The notes under the pieces were generated by a model that was given only the letters and a program-made list of their open reading frames with translations, searched no databases and had not been told where the DNA came from. A program made the position numbers and the translations under genes. A stretch of DNA of 64,000 nt from the NCBI RefSeq assembly GCF_009914755.1, contig NC_060925.1. One strand, given 5' to 3'. Position 1 is the stretch's first letter. Every line of letters begins with the position of its first letter. Below, in pieces: positions 63,168 to 64,000 of the stretch. This DNA comes from the human T2T-CHM13v2.0 reference genome, Homo sapiens.

Positions 63168-63527
63168 TTTCTTAGTCTATTTGGCTGCCATAACTAAATA
63201 CCATGAAGTGGTTAGCTTATAAACAGACATTTACTGCTCCCGATTCTGGAGGTTGGGAAGTCCAAGATTAAAACATTGGCAAATTTGGTGTCTGGCGAGC
63301 ACCCACCCTCCGGTTCATGGATGATGCCTTCTCGCTGTGTCCTCAGATGGCAGAAGGGACAATGCAACTCTCCAGGTTGCTTTAATAAGGGCACTAATCC
63401 CATTTATGAAAGTTCTGCCCTCATGATCTAATCACCCCTCAAAGGGCCCACCTCATAATATCCTCACATTGGTGATTAGGTTTTAACATGTAAATTTTGG
63501 GAGGACACAAACATTTAAACCATAGCA
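63168..63527 (-). mobile_element. MaLR solo LTR (MST/MLT1A-like), inside an old L1M fragment (~62840-63715)
   Basis: ttagtctatttggctgccataac...ttctggaggttgggaagtccaagat...aaacatttaaaccatagca. Confidence 0.88.
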
Positions 63528-63719
63528 ATAGCCAAACGGTAAATATGTGCTTTCTCTGAGTCATCAACTTTATTTCTGATTTTTTTAAGAAAACAATATT
63601 CTTTTTGCAAGATGTATCCAAAAATATGTTCATTCTGAAGTTGTTCATGCAAAAATAAAATAGCATATATGCCCTATAACAGGTGACTGATAGATAACTG
63701 ATTATTAATAACTGACATT

Positions 63720-64000
<281 letters not shown>

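Overview
Human genomic DNA: the 5' end of DPYD (dihydropyrimidine dehydrogenase, chr1p21.3) on the minus strand. The window holds the TATA-less CpG-island promoter (~56.5-57.2 kb), exon 1 (CDS 56766-56728, MAPVLSKDSADIE), the whole 37.5-kb intron 1, exon 2 (19212-19102, 111 nt, carrying the c.85T/Cys29 allele), 19 kb of intron 2 and about 7 kb of upstream DNA. The rest is AT-rich non-coding sequence full of Alu, L1, L2, MIR, L3, MaLR/ERV LTR and DNA-transposon relics. Nearly all ORFs in the supplied track are spurious or transposon-derived. I find no evidence for a novel multi-gene system. The best leads are small non-coding structures read from the sequence: a 62-bp tandem module duplicated with blockwise motif conservation (6642-6790), a ~150-bp dispersed duplication next to an NF-kB/AP-1/RUNX cluster, a tail-to-tail L2 hairpin, a (TA)21 tract nested in a larger palindrome, several perfect palindromes, and a candidate plus-strand exon just upstream of the promoter. 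Repeat subfamilies and boundaries were called by eye from remembered consensus sequences and should be confirmed with RepeatMasker/Dfam.
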